Positions 19,341 through 29,144 of a stretch of DNA of 64,000 nt are shown here, piece after piece. The notes under the pieces are model-generated. The model was not told the origin of the DNA. It did no database searches and saw nothing but the letters and a program-made list of their open reading frames with translations. Source of the DNA: Clostridiales bacterium (lineage in GTDB: Bacteria; Bacillota; Clostridia; Saccharofermentanales; Saccharofermentanaceae); NCBI GenBank assembly GCA_017513085.1, contig JAFWDK010000015.1:1-64000 (forward strand), read 5' to 3'. Position 1 is the stretch's first letter; the number at the start of each line of letters is the position of its first letter. A program made the translations under genes and the position numbers.

Positions 19341-19982
19341 TCAAACGATCGCACGGGCCGCGCGGATCTTCTCTACTGCCTCGTGGCTCAAAGATGTGAT
19401 CTTCTCATAATTCTTCTCCAGAATGTCTTTCTTTGTGCAGACCCAGCTTCCGCCGATAGCAATTATGCACTTTTCCGAAGCAAACTCAGAAAGATTCTCT
19501 GCATTCACGCCGCCCGTCGGAAGGAATTTCACACCGCCGAATACTGAAGACAAAGCTTTGATCGCTTTCATGCCTCCATAGATATTTGCCGGGAAAAACT
19601 TCACTACACTAAGTCCAAGACGAAGCGCCTTCATGATCTCCGAAGGAGTGACGCAACCCGGGCAAACCGGAATCCCCCGCTCCTGACACCAGATCACCGT
19701 ATCTTCATCCAGGCCCGGGGAAACTACAAACTTTGCTCCGGCCTTGACCGCTTCTTCCGCTTGTCTGACATTCAGAACCGTACCGGCTCCGACGATCATT
19801 TCCGGAACCTGCTTAGCAACCATCTCGATTGCCTCTTTGGCACAGGAAGTACGGAATGTGATCTCCATAAAAGTAATGCCTCCGTCAAGGAGCGCTCTGG
19901 CAGTCGGGACCGCATCATTAACGTCCTCGATCACAACTACAGGAACAATGCCTGCTTCATGTATTTTTTCCATCAGATCCAT
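19341..19982 (-). CDS. eda: KHG/KDPG aldolase
   Basis: EITFRT, GAGTVL, VSPG, KFFPA, PTGGV and GGSW motifs. Confidence 0.95.
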   Translation of the reverse strand: MDLMEKIHEAGIVPVVVIEDVNDAVPTARALLDGGITFMEITFRTSCAKEAIEMVAKQVPEMIVGAGTVLNVRQAEEAVKAGAKFVVSPGLDEDTVIWCQERGIPVCPGCVTPSEIMKALRLGLSVVKFFPANIYGGMKAIKALSSVFGGVKFLPTGGVNAENLSEFASEKCIIAIGGSWVCTKKDILEKNYEKITSLSHEAVEKIRAARAIV

Positions 19983-20162
19983 CTGATACACCTCAACTTA
20001 CTTCAGTATAGATTTATACTCTTTTTTGCATCTAACATTCTAGCATACAGAGTATGAAAAATCTATACGAAATTCCCCTGTTCCATATAGGATTCGAGTC
20101 AATTTTCTGTTACTATTATATCTGTATCTAAGGGGGAGTTTATTACTATTCGGAGGTATCCT

Positions 20163-21581
20163 ATGGCTACGTTCATCAATAACCAGTTTTTACTGCATTC
20201 CGCTACAGCAGAAAACCTGTACTTCACCTATGCGCAGAACTGCCCGATCGTCGACTATCACTGTCATATCGAGGCGAAAGATATTGCGCAGGACATCACT
20301 TTTAAAAATATTACCCAGCTCTGGCTGGCCGGTGATCACTATAAGTGGCGTCTGATGCGTTCCGCCGGTGTAGACGAACAGTTCATCACCGGAGAAGCCA
20401 GTGACCATGACAAATTCATCGCATGGGCCAAGGTCCTGGAGAGCGCGATCGGTAATCCGCTCTATCACTGGAGCAATCTCGAACTGGTGCGTTATTTCGA
20501 TATTTCCGAACCACTTACCTCTGCCAATGCCGAGAAAGTCTGGGAGATCACTTCCGCTAAACTTGCTTCCGGAGAGATCACTGCCAGAAGCATCATTAAG
20601 AAATCCAATGTAAAACTTCTCTGCACCACCGATGATCCGATCGATGATCTTCGTTGGCATAAAGTGATCGCCGATGACGCGCTCTTTGATACTGTCGTTC
20701 TTCCGGCTTTCCGTCCGGACCGCATCGTCGATATTGAGAAAGGCGGATTTGTAAATTATCTGCAGGCTCTGGGCAAGTGCACCGGTATCGACATTCAGAA
20801 CTGGGATGATCTGAAGCGGGCACTTCGCGACCGTATCCACTATTTCGCCATGCAGGGATGCCGCCTGGCCGATCACGGCATGGAGAAGTTTGTCTTCGCA
20901 GAGACCTCTGATGATGACGCCAATGCTGTACTCCTGTATAGGGTCTCTCATCCGAAGCAGGGTTTGACGAAAGAGCAGATCGCGAAGTTCAAGACAGCCA
21001 TCATGATCTTCTTTGCCACTGAATACAAAGAGCGTAACTGGACCATGCAGCTTCACTTCGGCTGCCGTCGTGACAATAACGAGTCCGCCTACAGGACTCT
21101 CGGTATTAACACAGGATTTGACACGATCTCCGGCTATGCGGACTTCGTTGAGCCTTTGGCCAACTACATGAGTATTCTTGCCATGATCGACAAGCTTCCG
21201 GGCATGATCCTTTACAGTCTCAATCCTAATGACAACGCCATGATCGATACCCTGATCGGTTGTTTCCAGGACGGAAGCAAGCCTATGAAGATACAGCATG
21301 GCTCCGCCTGGTGGTTTAACGACAACATGAACGGCATCCTGAATCAGCTCCGTTCTCTTTCTGAGCAGAGCTACCTTCCAGGCTTTGTCGGCATGCTCAC
21401 CGACTCACGAAGCTTTGTTTCGTACACACGTCACGAATACTTCCGACGCATTCTTTGCAACTTCCTGGGCGATATGGTCGAGCGCGGCGAATTCCCGAAA
21501 CACATGGAGATCCTCGGAAAGATCGTTACCGATATCTGCTACAACAATGCCATGAAGATGTTTACGGAAGAAGGAAACTGA
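20163..21581 (+). CDS. uxaC: Glucuronate isomerase
   Basis: DYHCH, GDHYKWR, GNPLYHW, TTDDP, WWFND, MLTDSRSF and RHEYFRR motifs. Confidence 0.97.
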   Translation: MATFINNQFLLHSATAENLYFTYAQNCPIVDYHCHIEAKDIAQDITFKNITQLWLAGDHYKWRLMRSAGVDEQFITGEASDHDKFIAWAKVLESAIGNPLYHWSNLELVRYFDISEPLTSANAEKVWEITSAKLASGEITARSIIKKSNVKLLCTTDDPIDDLRWHKVIADDALFDTVVLPAFRPDRIVDIEKGGFVNYLQALGKCTGIDIQNWDDLKRALRDRIHYFAMQGCRLADHGMEKFVFAETSDDDANAVLLYRVSHPKQGLTKEQIAKFKTAIMIFFATEYKERNWTMQLHFGCRRDNNESAYRTLGINTGFDTISGYADFVEPLANYMSILAMIDKLPGMILYSLNPNDNAMIDTLIGCFQDGSKPMKIQHGSAWWFNDNMNGILNQLRSLSEQSYLPGFVGMLTDSRSFVSYTRHEYFRRILCNFLGDMVERGEFPKHMEILGKIVTDICYNNAMKMFTEEGN

Positions 21582-21620
21582 CCTTTCCGACTTAAACAGC
21601 ATAAAATCTATAGACAAACA

Positions 21621-21663
21621 AAAAAGGGAATGTCACTGCATATTCAGTGCATTCCCATTTTTT
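21621..21663. terminator. Bidirectional intrinsic terminator after uxaC
   Basis: A-run, GGGAATG.CACTG / CAGTGCATTCCC stem, T-run. Confidence 0.75.
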
Positions 21664-21730
21664 CGCATTTTCGGCTATCCATAATCTCTCACATAAAAGC
21701 GCAGCAAAAGAGGCAGCCTCATTTATGCAT

Positions 21731-21782
21731 AAAAGAAAAGCCGCCTCCCGGCTCTCTTTGAGAGTTCGGGAAGCGGCTGTTT
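21731..21782 (-). terminator. Terminator of the ABC importer operon
   Basis: AGCCGC.TCCCG...CGGGA.GCGGCT stem followed by a T-run on the minus strand. Confidence 0.7.
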
Positions 21783-21810
21783 CCGCATTTTAAACATCCA
21801 CAAGTATCAA

Positions 21811-23580
21811 TTAACCCTTGTAAGCCTTGTTGTAGAGTTCAACGAGCTTTGCGCAATCCTTGCCTTCGCAAGCCTTAACAAAGTTGTCCCATTCTTCATC
21901 GATCTTCTTCTGGCCGATTACGAAAGACAAAGACCAGGAGTTAACTTCGTCGAGAAGAGGTGTAGCCAAGAGGTTGATCTGCTCGTTCTGATCTTCAGTC
22001 GGAGCAACACCCGGAGCCAACGGAGGTGTCTCACGGTTCTTAGCATTGGAGGCTGTGAAACCTGCTACTTGAGGAGTAAAAGCATCGGACATTTCTGCTA
22101 CAGTATGACCATAGAAGAAGTTACCTCCGCCGTAACCCCACTTAAGACGTACGTCTGTGAGTGTTCCTTCCGGATTGTTACCGAAACCAAGACCGCCGTT
22201 GCAATAACCGTCCTTGAGGACCTTCTTGCCATCTTTGATCTCGTATGTTTCGCCTTCGATACCCCACTTATGGAAAGTATAACCTTCCTCAGAATACCAG
22301 AGCCAGTCAACGAAACGGAGCATCTTAATGAAGTCTTCTTCGCCCAGCTCATCAAGAGCCTTCTTGGAGATCATAACGCCGTTCTCGAGACGAGCGTTAC
22401 CAGCTGTGGAATAGTTGTACAGCTTGCTTCTCGGCGGGATGGTGTAGTACAGTTCGTACTTGCCTTCGCCAAGGTTCTCGACCATCTTGCTCTCTGTGCC
22501 GGCAACAGTACCCTGGTTAACACTCATGATAACTGTCTTACCTGTGTAGAACTTATCCTGAGCAACGTCATCTTCCTGAGTGAATGTTTCAGGATCGAGG
22601 ATACCAGCTTCAACGAAAGCATTAGCCATCTTCAGATACTCTTTGTAGTTATCTGTGATCGGGTTGAAATAGAATTCATCCTTAGCCTGGTCATAACGGA
22701 GACCGTAGTTGTTCTCAAAGCCCCAACCAGCGCTGCAGTCATATGTTGTAGCGATAACGTTCAAGAGGTTACCACCGTTACCATGACCGGATGTACCACC
22801 GCACCACAGGTCAGACCAGATGTAATCGGACTCTTTGCACATGCCGTTCTTAACCATGTAAGCCTTAACTGTCTTAAGGTCTTCCAGGAGATCTTCCCAT
22901 GTCCAGTTAGCTTCCTGAGAAGCAACATCAACACCGGCTGCCTTAAAGATGTCATCACGGATAACAAATGTGTAGTTAAGAAGTACGTCTTCCTTCATGC
23001 CAGGGAGCTTATAGTACTTACCGTTAGCTCTGGTGATCGTCTTAACGTCCGGAGCCATGTTGTACTTGTTGTAGAAGTCTACATAGTTCGGCATATACTG
23101 AACATAGTCAGAAATCGGAACGATAGCGCCGCCGTCTACAAAAGCACTGTCATCATAGATCTTCGGAATGATGTAAGCGGACTCGCCGGCATTGATGTCG
23201 AGAGTAACGTTGTTCATGTAGTCATTGGAGTCATAGGAAATGATATCCAGATGAACATTCGTCAGATCTTCGAGTTTCTTGAAGATACCTTCTGTCTTCC
23301 ATGTATCCTGCATTGCATACCAAGAAGCATCACTGAAGAACATGGTATAAGTTACCTTCTCGTCAGAATGGAATGTCGTGTTCAGACCATACTGATAATT
23401 TTCTTTCTTTTCTGTTTCCTTGGACTCTTCTGCCGAAGTTGCTGCTGTTGTTGTCGTTTCGATTTTATCCGGAACGGCTTCTTTTGTCGTACCTGTTGTT
23501 GTCTCTTTGCTAGAGCAAGCAACTGCGCCGACCATCATGGAAGCAACCAAAGAAAGACTTAAAATTCTTCTTGTTTTCAT
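21811..23580 (-). CDS. Carbohydrate ABC transporter substrate-binding lipoprotein
   Basis: Lipobox AVAC, Thr/Glu-rich tether, large oligosaccharide-SBP features (GILDPE, WGIEGETY); downstream of two permeases. Confidence 0.9.
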   Translation of the reverse strand: MKTRRILSLSLVASMMVGAVACSSKETTTGTTKEAVPDKIETTTTAATSAEESKETEKKENYQYGLNTTFHSDEKVTYTMFFSDASWYAMQDTWKTEGIFKKLEDLTNVHLDIISYDSNDYMNNVTLDINAGESAYIIPKIYDDSAFVDGGAIVPISDYVQYMPNYVDFYNKYNMAPDVKTITRANGKYYKLPGMKEDVLLNYTFVIRDDIFKAAGVDVASQEANWTWEDLLEDLKTVKAYMVKNGMCKESDYIWSDLWCGGTSGHGNGGNLLNVIATTYDCSAGWGFENNYGLRYDQAKDEFYFNPITDNYKEYLKMANAFVEAGILDPETFTQEDDVAQDKFYTGKTVIMSVNQGTVAGTESKMVENLGEGKYELYYTIPPRSKLYNYSTAGNARLENGVMISKKALDELGEEDFIKMLRFVDWLWYSEEGYTFHKWGIEGETYEIKDGKKVLKDGYCNGGLGFGNNPEGTLTDVRLKWGYGGGNFFYGHTVAEMSDAFTPQVAGFTASNAKNRETPPLAPGVAPTEDQNEQINLLATPLLDEVNSWSLSFVIGQKKIDEEWDNFVKACEGKDCAKLVELYNKAYKG

Positions 23581-23717
23581 AGTTTTCCTCCTCATTTAAA
23601 GTGGATGTTTATTTCTGCTCCACCCGATCTCCGAGAAAAAGACCGAGTGGGAACATACGATTTTGAATGACAAGGATCTGATCCATCCCTGTCAGGAAAC
23701 TGTTCCCGGTGGAAGGA

Positions 23718-24647
23718 TCACTCCTTTACACCACCGAGCATCATGCCCTGTACGTAGTATTTCTGAATGAAAGGATATACAAGGATGATCGGAAGTACGG
23801 TAAGCACCATGCTGCAGGAACGAACGTTGGAAGCAACTTTCTGTGCATCCTGGTCGCCTGTTGCGGTAGAACCACGGATGATGGTCTGCAGGTAGTAAGC
23901 TACCGGCCACTTCTCTTTTCTCAAGTACAGGAAAGCCTGATACCAGTTATTCCAGTACATAACGGCATAGAACAGTGTCATAGTCGCCATGATCGGTTTA
24001 GAAAGGGGAAGGGCGATCCTCCAGAAAACTCCGAACTTACTCAGTCCGTCGAGCTCACCGGCTTCTTCGAGATCTTTAGGGGTACCTGCGAAGAAGGATT
24101 TCATCAATAGTACGTAGTATGTGCTGATCATCATTGGGAGAATAAATGCGCCGATCGTATTTTTCAGGCCCAGACGAATAACCAGTACGTAGTTCGGGAT
24201 CAAGCCGCCACCGAAGTACATCGTAAAGATGATGAACGGTGTCAGGATCCTTGTTACCTTCAGATTTGTCTTACTGAGCGGATAAGCCAAAAGTGAAGAT
24301 GTGATCAGGGAGGCAAGCGTACCTACTATTGCGTAAATGATCGTGTTCTTGTAGTAATTCAGGAAGTCGCCCTGTGTTAATACTGCCTTATAGGTATCAA
24401 TATTGAATCCTTTCGGAATGATTCCGTTATATCCGGCTGTCAGTGCCTTGTCCGAAGAAAAAGACTGGGCAACGAGATAAAGGAAAGGATAGAGCGTCGC
24501 TACGGATACCAACACCATGATGATCGCGTTGAATACCAGGAATACTTTGTAGCCCGTGTTCTCTCTTACTTTGAGAGCAGCCGGCTTCGATCCACCGAGC
24601 GCTCCGCGACGTTCTCTAAGACGTGAAATAAAACTCTTCTTTTCCAT
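23718..24647 (-). CDS. Carbohydrate ABC transporter permease (LplC/MalG-like)
   Basis: TMYFGGGLIP, EEAGELDG (EAA loop), WNNW and YPFIQKY motifs. Confidence 0.93.
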   Translation of the reverse strand: MEKKSFISRLRERRGALGGSKPAALKVRENTGYKVFLVFNAIIMVLVSVATLYPFLYLVAQSFSSDKALTAGYNGIIPKGFNIDTYKAVLTQGDFLNYYKNTIIYAIVGTLASLITSSLLAYPLSKTNLKVTRILTPFIIFTMYFGGGLIPNYVLVIRLGLKNTIGAFILPMMISTYYVLLMKSFFAGTPKDLEEAGELDGLSKFGVFWRIALPLSKPIMATMTLFYAVMYWNNWYQAFLYLRKEKWPVAYYLQTIIRGSTATGDQDAQKVASNVRSCSMVLTVLPIILVYPFIQKYYVQGMMLGGVKE

Positions 24648-24660
24648 TTTCTTCACCTCC

Positions 24661-25605
24661 TTAGAACAAACTGCTGTCTGTCAGTTTCTTTGAAGCGAAG
24701 TTTGCAATCGTCAAGAGTGTGAGATTGATCAAACCTTCGAAGAGACCAACGGCTGTCGCGTAACTGTAGTTACCTGATCCGATACCCATTCTGTAAACGT
24801 ATGTCGATACGATATCTGCAGAATCATAGATCATCGGATTGTAAAGAAGGAATACCTTTTCAAAAGCACCGCCGGATCCGACGAGACCACCGATATCCAG
24901 GATCAACAATGTTGTGATCGTAGGAAGGATGGATGGGATCGTGATGTGCCATACTCTCTGGAAGTGACCGGCACCGTCAACGGCAGCCGCTTCATAAAGA
25001 GACGGGTTGATGTTCGCCATAGCAGCAAGGTAGAGGATCGTGCCCCAGCCCATGCTCTGCCATACACCGGAGATCGTAAAGATTGCCGGGAACCATTTCG
25101 GTACGGAAAGGAAAGTAACCTTGGAAGCGCCGAAAGTTGCAAGCAAAGAGTTGATCGGACCGCCGGCGGAAACCAGTTCCTTGATCATACCGCAGACAAT
25201 AACCATGGAGATAAAGTGCGGAAGATATGATACGGTCTGTACGAATTTCTTCCAGTGAATGTTTCTGATTTCGTTGATCAAAAGAGCAAAGATCAAAGTC
25301 AACGGGAATCTGAACAGCAAGTAGGTAATATTCAGAGTCAGTGTATTCTTGAATGCTCTCCAGAATGACTTGTCACCGATAAACTGCTTGAAGTACTTCA
25401 GTCCGCTCCATTCAGAACCGAAGATGCTGGCGCCGGCTCTGTAACGTCTGAAAGCGATGATGTTACCAAACATCGGGATGTAACGGAAGATAACATAATA
25501 AACCACCGGAATAAGAAGCATCAGGTAGATCTGCCAGTACTGACCAAGATGACGCTTGAAATTCGATTTCTTTGCCGGTTGCCATTCTCGTCTATTTAAA
25601 CTCAT
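24661..25605 (-). CDS. Carbohydrate ABC transporter permease (LplB/MalF-like)
   Basis: YLPHFIS, GWGTILYLAA, LYEAAAVDGA and YVYRMG motifs. Confidence 0.93.
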   Translation of the reverse strand: MSLNRREWQPAKKSNFKRHLGQYWQIYLMLLIPVVYYVIFRYIPMFGNIIAFRRYRAGASIFGSEWSGLKYFKQFIGDKSFWRAFKNTLTLNITYLLFRFPLTLIFALLINEIRNIHWKKFVQTVSYLPHFISMVIVCGMIKELVSAGGPINSLLATFGASKVTFLSVPKWFPAIFTISGVWQSMGWGTILYLAAMANINPSLYEAAAVDGAGHFQRVWHITIPSILPTITTLLILDIGGLVGSGGAFEKVFLLYNPMIYDSADIVSTYVYRMGIGSGNYSYATAVGLFEGLINLTLLTIANFASKKLTDSSLF

Positions 25606-25714
25606 AGATAACAACTCCCCATAACATGAAACTTTCATACCAACATACCCTGTGTAGCTTGATTACGAGCGGTTAGAGCGAAGTCCTCATTCTCCCTCTC
25701 ACTTGTTCTTCCCC

Positions 25715-25728
25715 ACTAGTATGCTAGT
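25715..25728. promoter_or_regulatory. Putative GntR/FadR-family operator ACTAGTATGCTAGT
   Basis: Near-perfect palindrome just downstream of the ABC operon promoter; recurs upstream of other genes in the cluster. Confidence 0.75.
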
Positions 25729-25741
25729 TGTCTACGAGGAC

Positions 25742-25770
25742 AGAATACCACCATACTAGACATGTGTCAA
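25742..25770 (-). promoter_or_regulatory. Promoter of the ABC importer operon
   Basis: TTGACA-N17-TATTCT with extended -10 TG. Confidence 0.75.
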
Positions 25771-25813
25771 TGGGAATCAAGAGATTTTGCGCCTCTTTTT
25801 TAGCGAACTTGCA

Positions 25814-25855
25814 CAAAAACAAAGCCGTCTCGTTACCCGAAACGGCTTTAGTTTC
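25814..25855 (-). terminator. Terminator after the esterase gene
   Basis: AAAGCCGT / ACGGCTTT stem with a flanking T-run on the minus strand. Confidence 0.65.
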
Positions 25856-25908
25856 TTATTTTTCTTCATTTAAGCGTCTACTGTAGTTCTCTTAAGCGGT
25901 TACGAAAA

Positions 25909-27441
25909 TTATAAGTCAAAAAGCTCTTTTACCGTCTTTGCCATTCTCTCACCCAATTCGCTCTTTCTTTGCGGGTGCAATTCCCGCGGTGTGCCCAGAT
26001 CGTGTCCCAATGTCACCGCGCAGTCCGCAACCATCTCCGGAGCTTTGCGCTGCTGCTCCTGGATCTCCGCCCAGCCATCCGGCTGCTTACCTGTGATCGG
26101 GTCCTGATAATCCGGCATCTCAACACAAACCACCGGCAGATCCTGTGCGAAAAGCGCCCGCCAGTCTGCGATCATGCTCCGGAACTTCTCATCGTACCGT
26201 CTCGGATCATCGGAATTGGCCTCTCCCTGATACCACCATATACCTTTAAATGTATAATCTTTCAGCGTCCGTACTGATGTCTCGTATAGAGCCGTCGGAA
26301 TCACCTGTCCACGGAGTCCCGGGTCTAAACGTGTCTCCGTCTTTCTTCCGTAGCACATCTTCCATGTTCCGAGAAGTTCGATCTTCTCTTCACCACTGCG
26401 TACATAATATGGATGCTCGGCCACGAATCCACCGCTACCGCATTCAATGATCAGACGGACGCAGATCAGGTTCTTCCCTTTTCTCAGGATCTTTCCGTCA
26501 AACGGATACTTTCTTGGCGGGTACCGATACTCGGTCCTGCCTACCGGCTTTCCGTTAATGAACGTCTGATCGGCATCGATCAGGTCACCAAGATATAAGA
26601 ATGCATCTTCCTGCGGTTCATTTTCTAATATGAATTCCTTATAAAACCATACGATACCTTCATACCCTTTTCCTTCTTCTTCGAGAAGCATTCCCGGAAC
26701 CGTAAAGTCCTGTGCACCTTTCGGTATTTCATTCGGATACGTTATGTCATCGTCAGATTCCAATGCCTGCCTCCAGGCACCATTCTTCTTCTCCTGCCCG
26801 GAAAGGTACGCCGCGAGAACACCATCACCCTGAAACGGAGCATAGATCTTCTCGAAATCGCCAAATTCTTTCAACAATCCGGCCGGCATCCAGGACTCGA
26901 TCGTCGATCCACCCTGTGCAGCAAGGATCAGGCCGATCGGGACATGTGTCTCTTCGTAGATCCTCTTGGCACAGTAGAAACCCAGTGCACTCATAAAAAG
27001 AAGCTCTTCGCCGCAAGCTTTTGTCCAATCCTGATCAGGAAGTTCCGCCGGATTCTCCTCGCAAAGCTGAAACTGCGGCGTGACACGGTACTGTCGGATA
27101 TACGGGTAATCGGATGCATCGATCTCATCTGCAGATACATCACGAGTACGGTAAACCGGAAGTTCCATATTGGATTGACCGGAAAGATAGAAGCAGTCCC
27201 CAAAGCATACATCCTTGATCACGATAGTAGAGCTTCCCGATATGGTGATCTCACAATCGGTTGCCGCTTCATGAGGCGGGATCTTCACCAGAAACTGTCC
27301 GCTTTCCACTTTGCCTTCATATGTTTTCCCTTCCAAAAGCACTTGAACAATCTCTGTCTGGTTTTCTTTTCCCCAGATCGAACACTCTTTGTCTCTTTGA
27401 AGGATCATGCCGTTTCTGAATATTCCTGCCGGTTCTGTCAT
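25909..27441 (-). CDS. Sialate O-acetylesterase-like (SASA/SGNH) carbohydrate acetylesterase with inserted sugar-binding domain
   Basis: GQSNMEL, GGSTIESW, WYQGEAN and ELHP motifs; no signal peptide. Confidence 0.88.
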   Translation of the reverse strand: MTEPAGIFRNGMILQRDKECSIWGKENQTEIVQVLLEGKTYEGKVESGQFLVKIPPHEAATDCEITISGSSTIVIKDVCFGDCFYLSGQSNMELPVYRTRDVSADEIDASDYPYIRQYRVTPQFQLCEENPAELPDQDWTKACGEELLFMSALGFYCAKRIYEETHVPIGLILAAQGGSTIESWMPAGLLKEFGDFEKIYAPFQGDGVLAAYLSGQEKKNGAWRQALESDDDITYPNEIPKGAQDFTVPGMLLEEEGKGYEGIVWFYKEFILENEPQEDAFLYLGDLIDADQTFINGKPVGRTEYRYPPRKYPFDGKILRKGKNLICVRLIIECGSGGFVAEHPYYVRSGEEKIELLGTWKMCYGRKTETRLDPGLRGQVIPTALYETSVRTLKDYTFKGIWWYQGEANSDDPRRYDEKFRSMIADWRALFAQDLPVVCVEMPDYQDPITGKQPDGWAEIQEQQRKAPEMVADCAVTLGHDLGTPRELHPQRKSELGERMAKTVKELFDL

Positions 27442-27562
27442 ATGATTTCTCCTTGTTTCCCTACCCGGTCCGAACCGCCATGCATGGCGGAAGAGCAAAG
27501 TTTCGGGGCAGTGCTTTTTTTACAGAGTAACACAGAAACAAACAAATATACAACAGATTCAC

Positions 27563-27576
27563 ACTAGTATGTAAGT
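27563..27576. promoter_or_regulatory. Putative operator ACTAGTATGTAAGT
   Basis: 12/14 match to the 25715 palindrome; lies in the divergent esterase/yesL-like intergenic region. Confidence 0.65.
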
Positions 27577-27640
27577 TTTATTTTTCACTTGTTTTTTCCT
27601 TGTCTTCCGTCTAATATATTGAGGAAAAGGAGATTGTGTC

Positions 27641-28447
27641 ATGAGCGAGAATAACTTCGATCGGATTTCCAAAGGAAGATTGTACAGACTTGGCGATAAG
27701 CTTGGAGATATTATTATCCTGAGTTTGCTTTGGCTTTTGTGTTCTCTTCCTATCATTACTATGGGAACCGCGACCAGCGCGCTGTATTTTGCTGTACACA
27801 AGCGTTTTCATGACAGTTCGGAGACCCCGGCACGGGATTTCTTTCATTCTTTCAAGATCAATCTCCGTCAGGGCATCCCTCTGAATCTTGCTCTTCTGAT
27901 CTACGGAACGATCGCTGTTTTCAACATTTATGTGGCCATCCGCGGATGGAACGGTATCATGCTGCCGACCTGGTACGCACCACTCGCCGGACTTCTGTCG
28001 ATTCCGTTGCTCTGTATGGTTCCTTATACTTTCCCGTATCTTGCGCGTTTCAAGAATACTTTTAAGAATACATTATTCCACAGTTTCACATTCTCCACTA
28101 TGTATCCGGGGCATGCTCTTCTGATGTGGCTTTTGATCCTGGTGTCTTTGGCGCTGATGATCTTCTTCTTCCCCAGCCTGCTCTTCATGCCGTTCACCTG
28201 TTGCTATCTTTGCTGGCGTATCGTGGAGAAAGACTTCGGTTATGCTCTTCTTATGAAGGATAAGAGAGAACACCCGGAGAGATATCAGAATGAAAACTCC
28301 GATAGCTCCGAAGAAGACGAAGAAGATGAGGAAGATGAGGATTGGGACGACGAGGACCAGGATGAAGACGACTCTTCGGATGAGGAGGAAGATGAGGAAA
28401 CGGATGATCAGGACGAAGAACCTGAATCGGACACTGACGAACCTTAA
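27641..28447 (+). CDS. YesL/DUF624 family membrane protein with acidic C-terminal tail
   Basis: LWLLCSLPIITMGTATSALY and FFHSFKINLRQ motifs, typical of genes beside carbohydrate ABC importers. Confidence 0.85.
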   Translation: MSENNFDRISKGRLYRLGDKLGDIIILSLLWLLCSLPIITMGTATSALYFAVHKRFHDSSETPARDFFHSFKINLRQGIPLNLALLIYGTIAVFNIYVAIRGWNGIMLPTWYAPLAGLLSIPLLCMVPYTFPYLARFKNTFKNTLFHSFTFSTMYPGHALLMWLLILVSLALMIFFFPSLLFMPFTCCYLCWRIVEKDFGYALLMKDKREHPERYQNENSDSSEEDEEDEEDEDWDDEDQDEDDSSDEEEDEETDDQDEEPESDTDEP

Positions 28448-28502
28448 TGGTAAAATACCGACAAAGACGGACTGATCGCTTCAAATCCTTGATTTTCTCG
28501 GG

Positions 28503-28531
28503 TTGACGGTGTCTAAAGTCCGTAATAGAGT
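28503..28531 (+). promoter_or_regulatory. Possible promoter
   Basis: TTGACG-N17-TAGAGT upstream of the 28566 ORF. Confidence 0.45.
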
Positions 28532-28565
28532 AATTCTTGTATGTAAAGAATGTTAGGAGACAGAG

Positions 28566-28937
28566 ATGGATATTTCTTTAGTGATTCGTACTATTCTTGC
28601 TTTCGGCGGCCTGATCGGTTGTGTAGTCCTTTTGTTTATCGGTTTTGGAAAAACGATCAAATTCTTAAAGAAGGAAGATCGCTCAACATCGGTACCGAAG
28701 GATATCCTGATCAAATCCACGCTGCTCATCATCGCAGCACTTGCTCTTATGATCGTAAGTTTTGTTGCCAGCAAGTACAACGATGTCACCGATGGAGTAT
28801 GTACTTTCTCAGAGTTAGTATTGTCCTATGTTGTCCATGTCGTGAAGAGCTACGGATGGATCGCCGCGATCCCTTTCCTTCTGAATCTGATGCGTCGGAC
28901 CAGCAGACCGAATTATAACGATACAGACAAGATGTAA
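28566..28937 (+). CDS. Hypothetical three-TM membrane protein
   Basis: AGGAG RBS; three hydrophobic segments. Confidence 0.7.
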   Translation: MDISLVIRTILAFGGLIGCVVLLFIGFGKTIKFLKKEDRSTSVPKDILIKSTLLIIAALALMIVSFVASKYNDVTDGVCTFSELVLSYVVHVVKSYGWIAAIPFLLNLMRRTSRPNYNDTDKM

Positions 28938-28998
28938 TTCTCCTGTTTTCAACATTTTTCAAGGGAAAAGAAAAGTTGAGACTGACAGGTCCCTCTGC

Positions 28999-29030
28999 TT
29001 GACATCATGCTAGTTCGCTAGTATACTAGT
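28999..29030 (+). promoter_or_regulatory. uxuAB promoter overlapped by operator GCTAGTATACTAGT
   Basis: TTGACA(28999)-N17-TATACT(29022); the palindrome at 29017-29030 covers the -10 box. Confidence 0.8.
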
Positions 29031-29144
29031 CACAGAACAGGGATTTTTTGCACTACTATGCAAGAAGGAAGGCTTGTCCAGAGAGTCGATGAAACTTTTC
29101 TGAATTTGCATACCTTGATCAATATGGGAATGAGGATATGAAAT

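Noticed and set aside
22069-23562. 497-aa plus-strand ORF
   Set aside because: Antisense shadow of the SBP gene, with no recognisable motifs.
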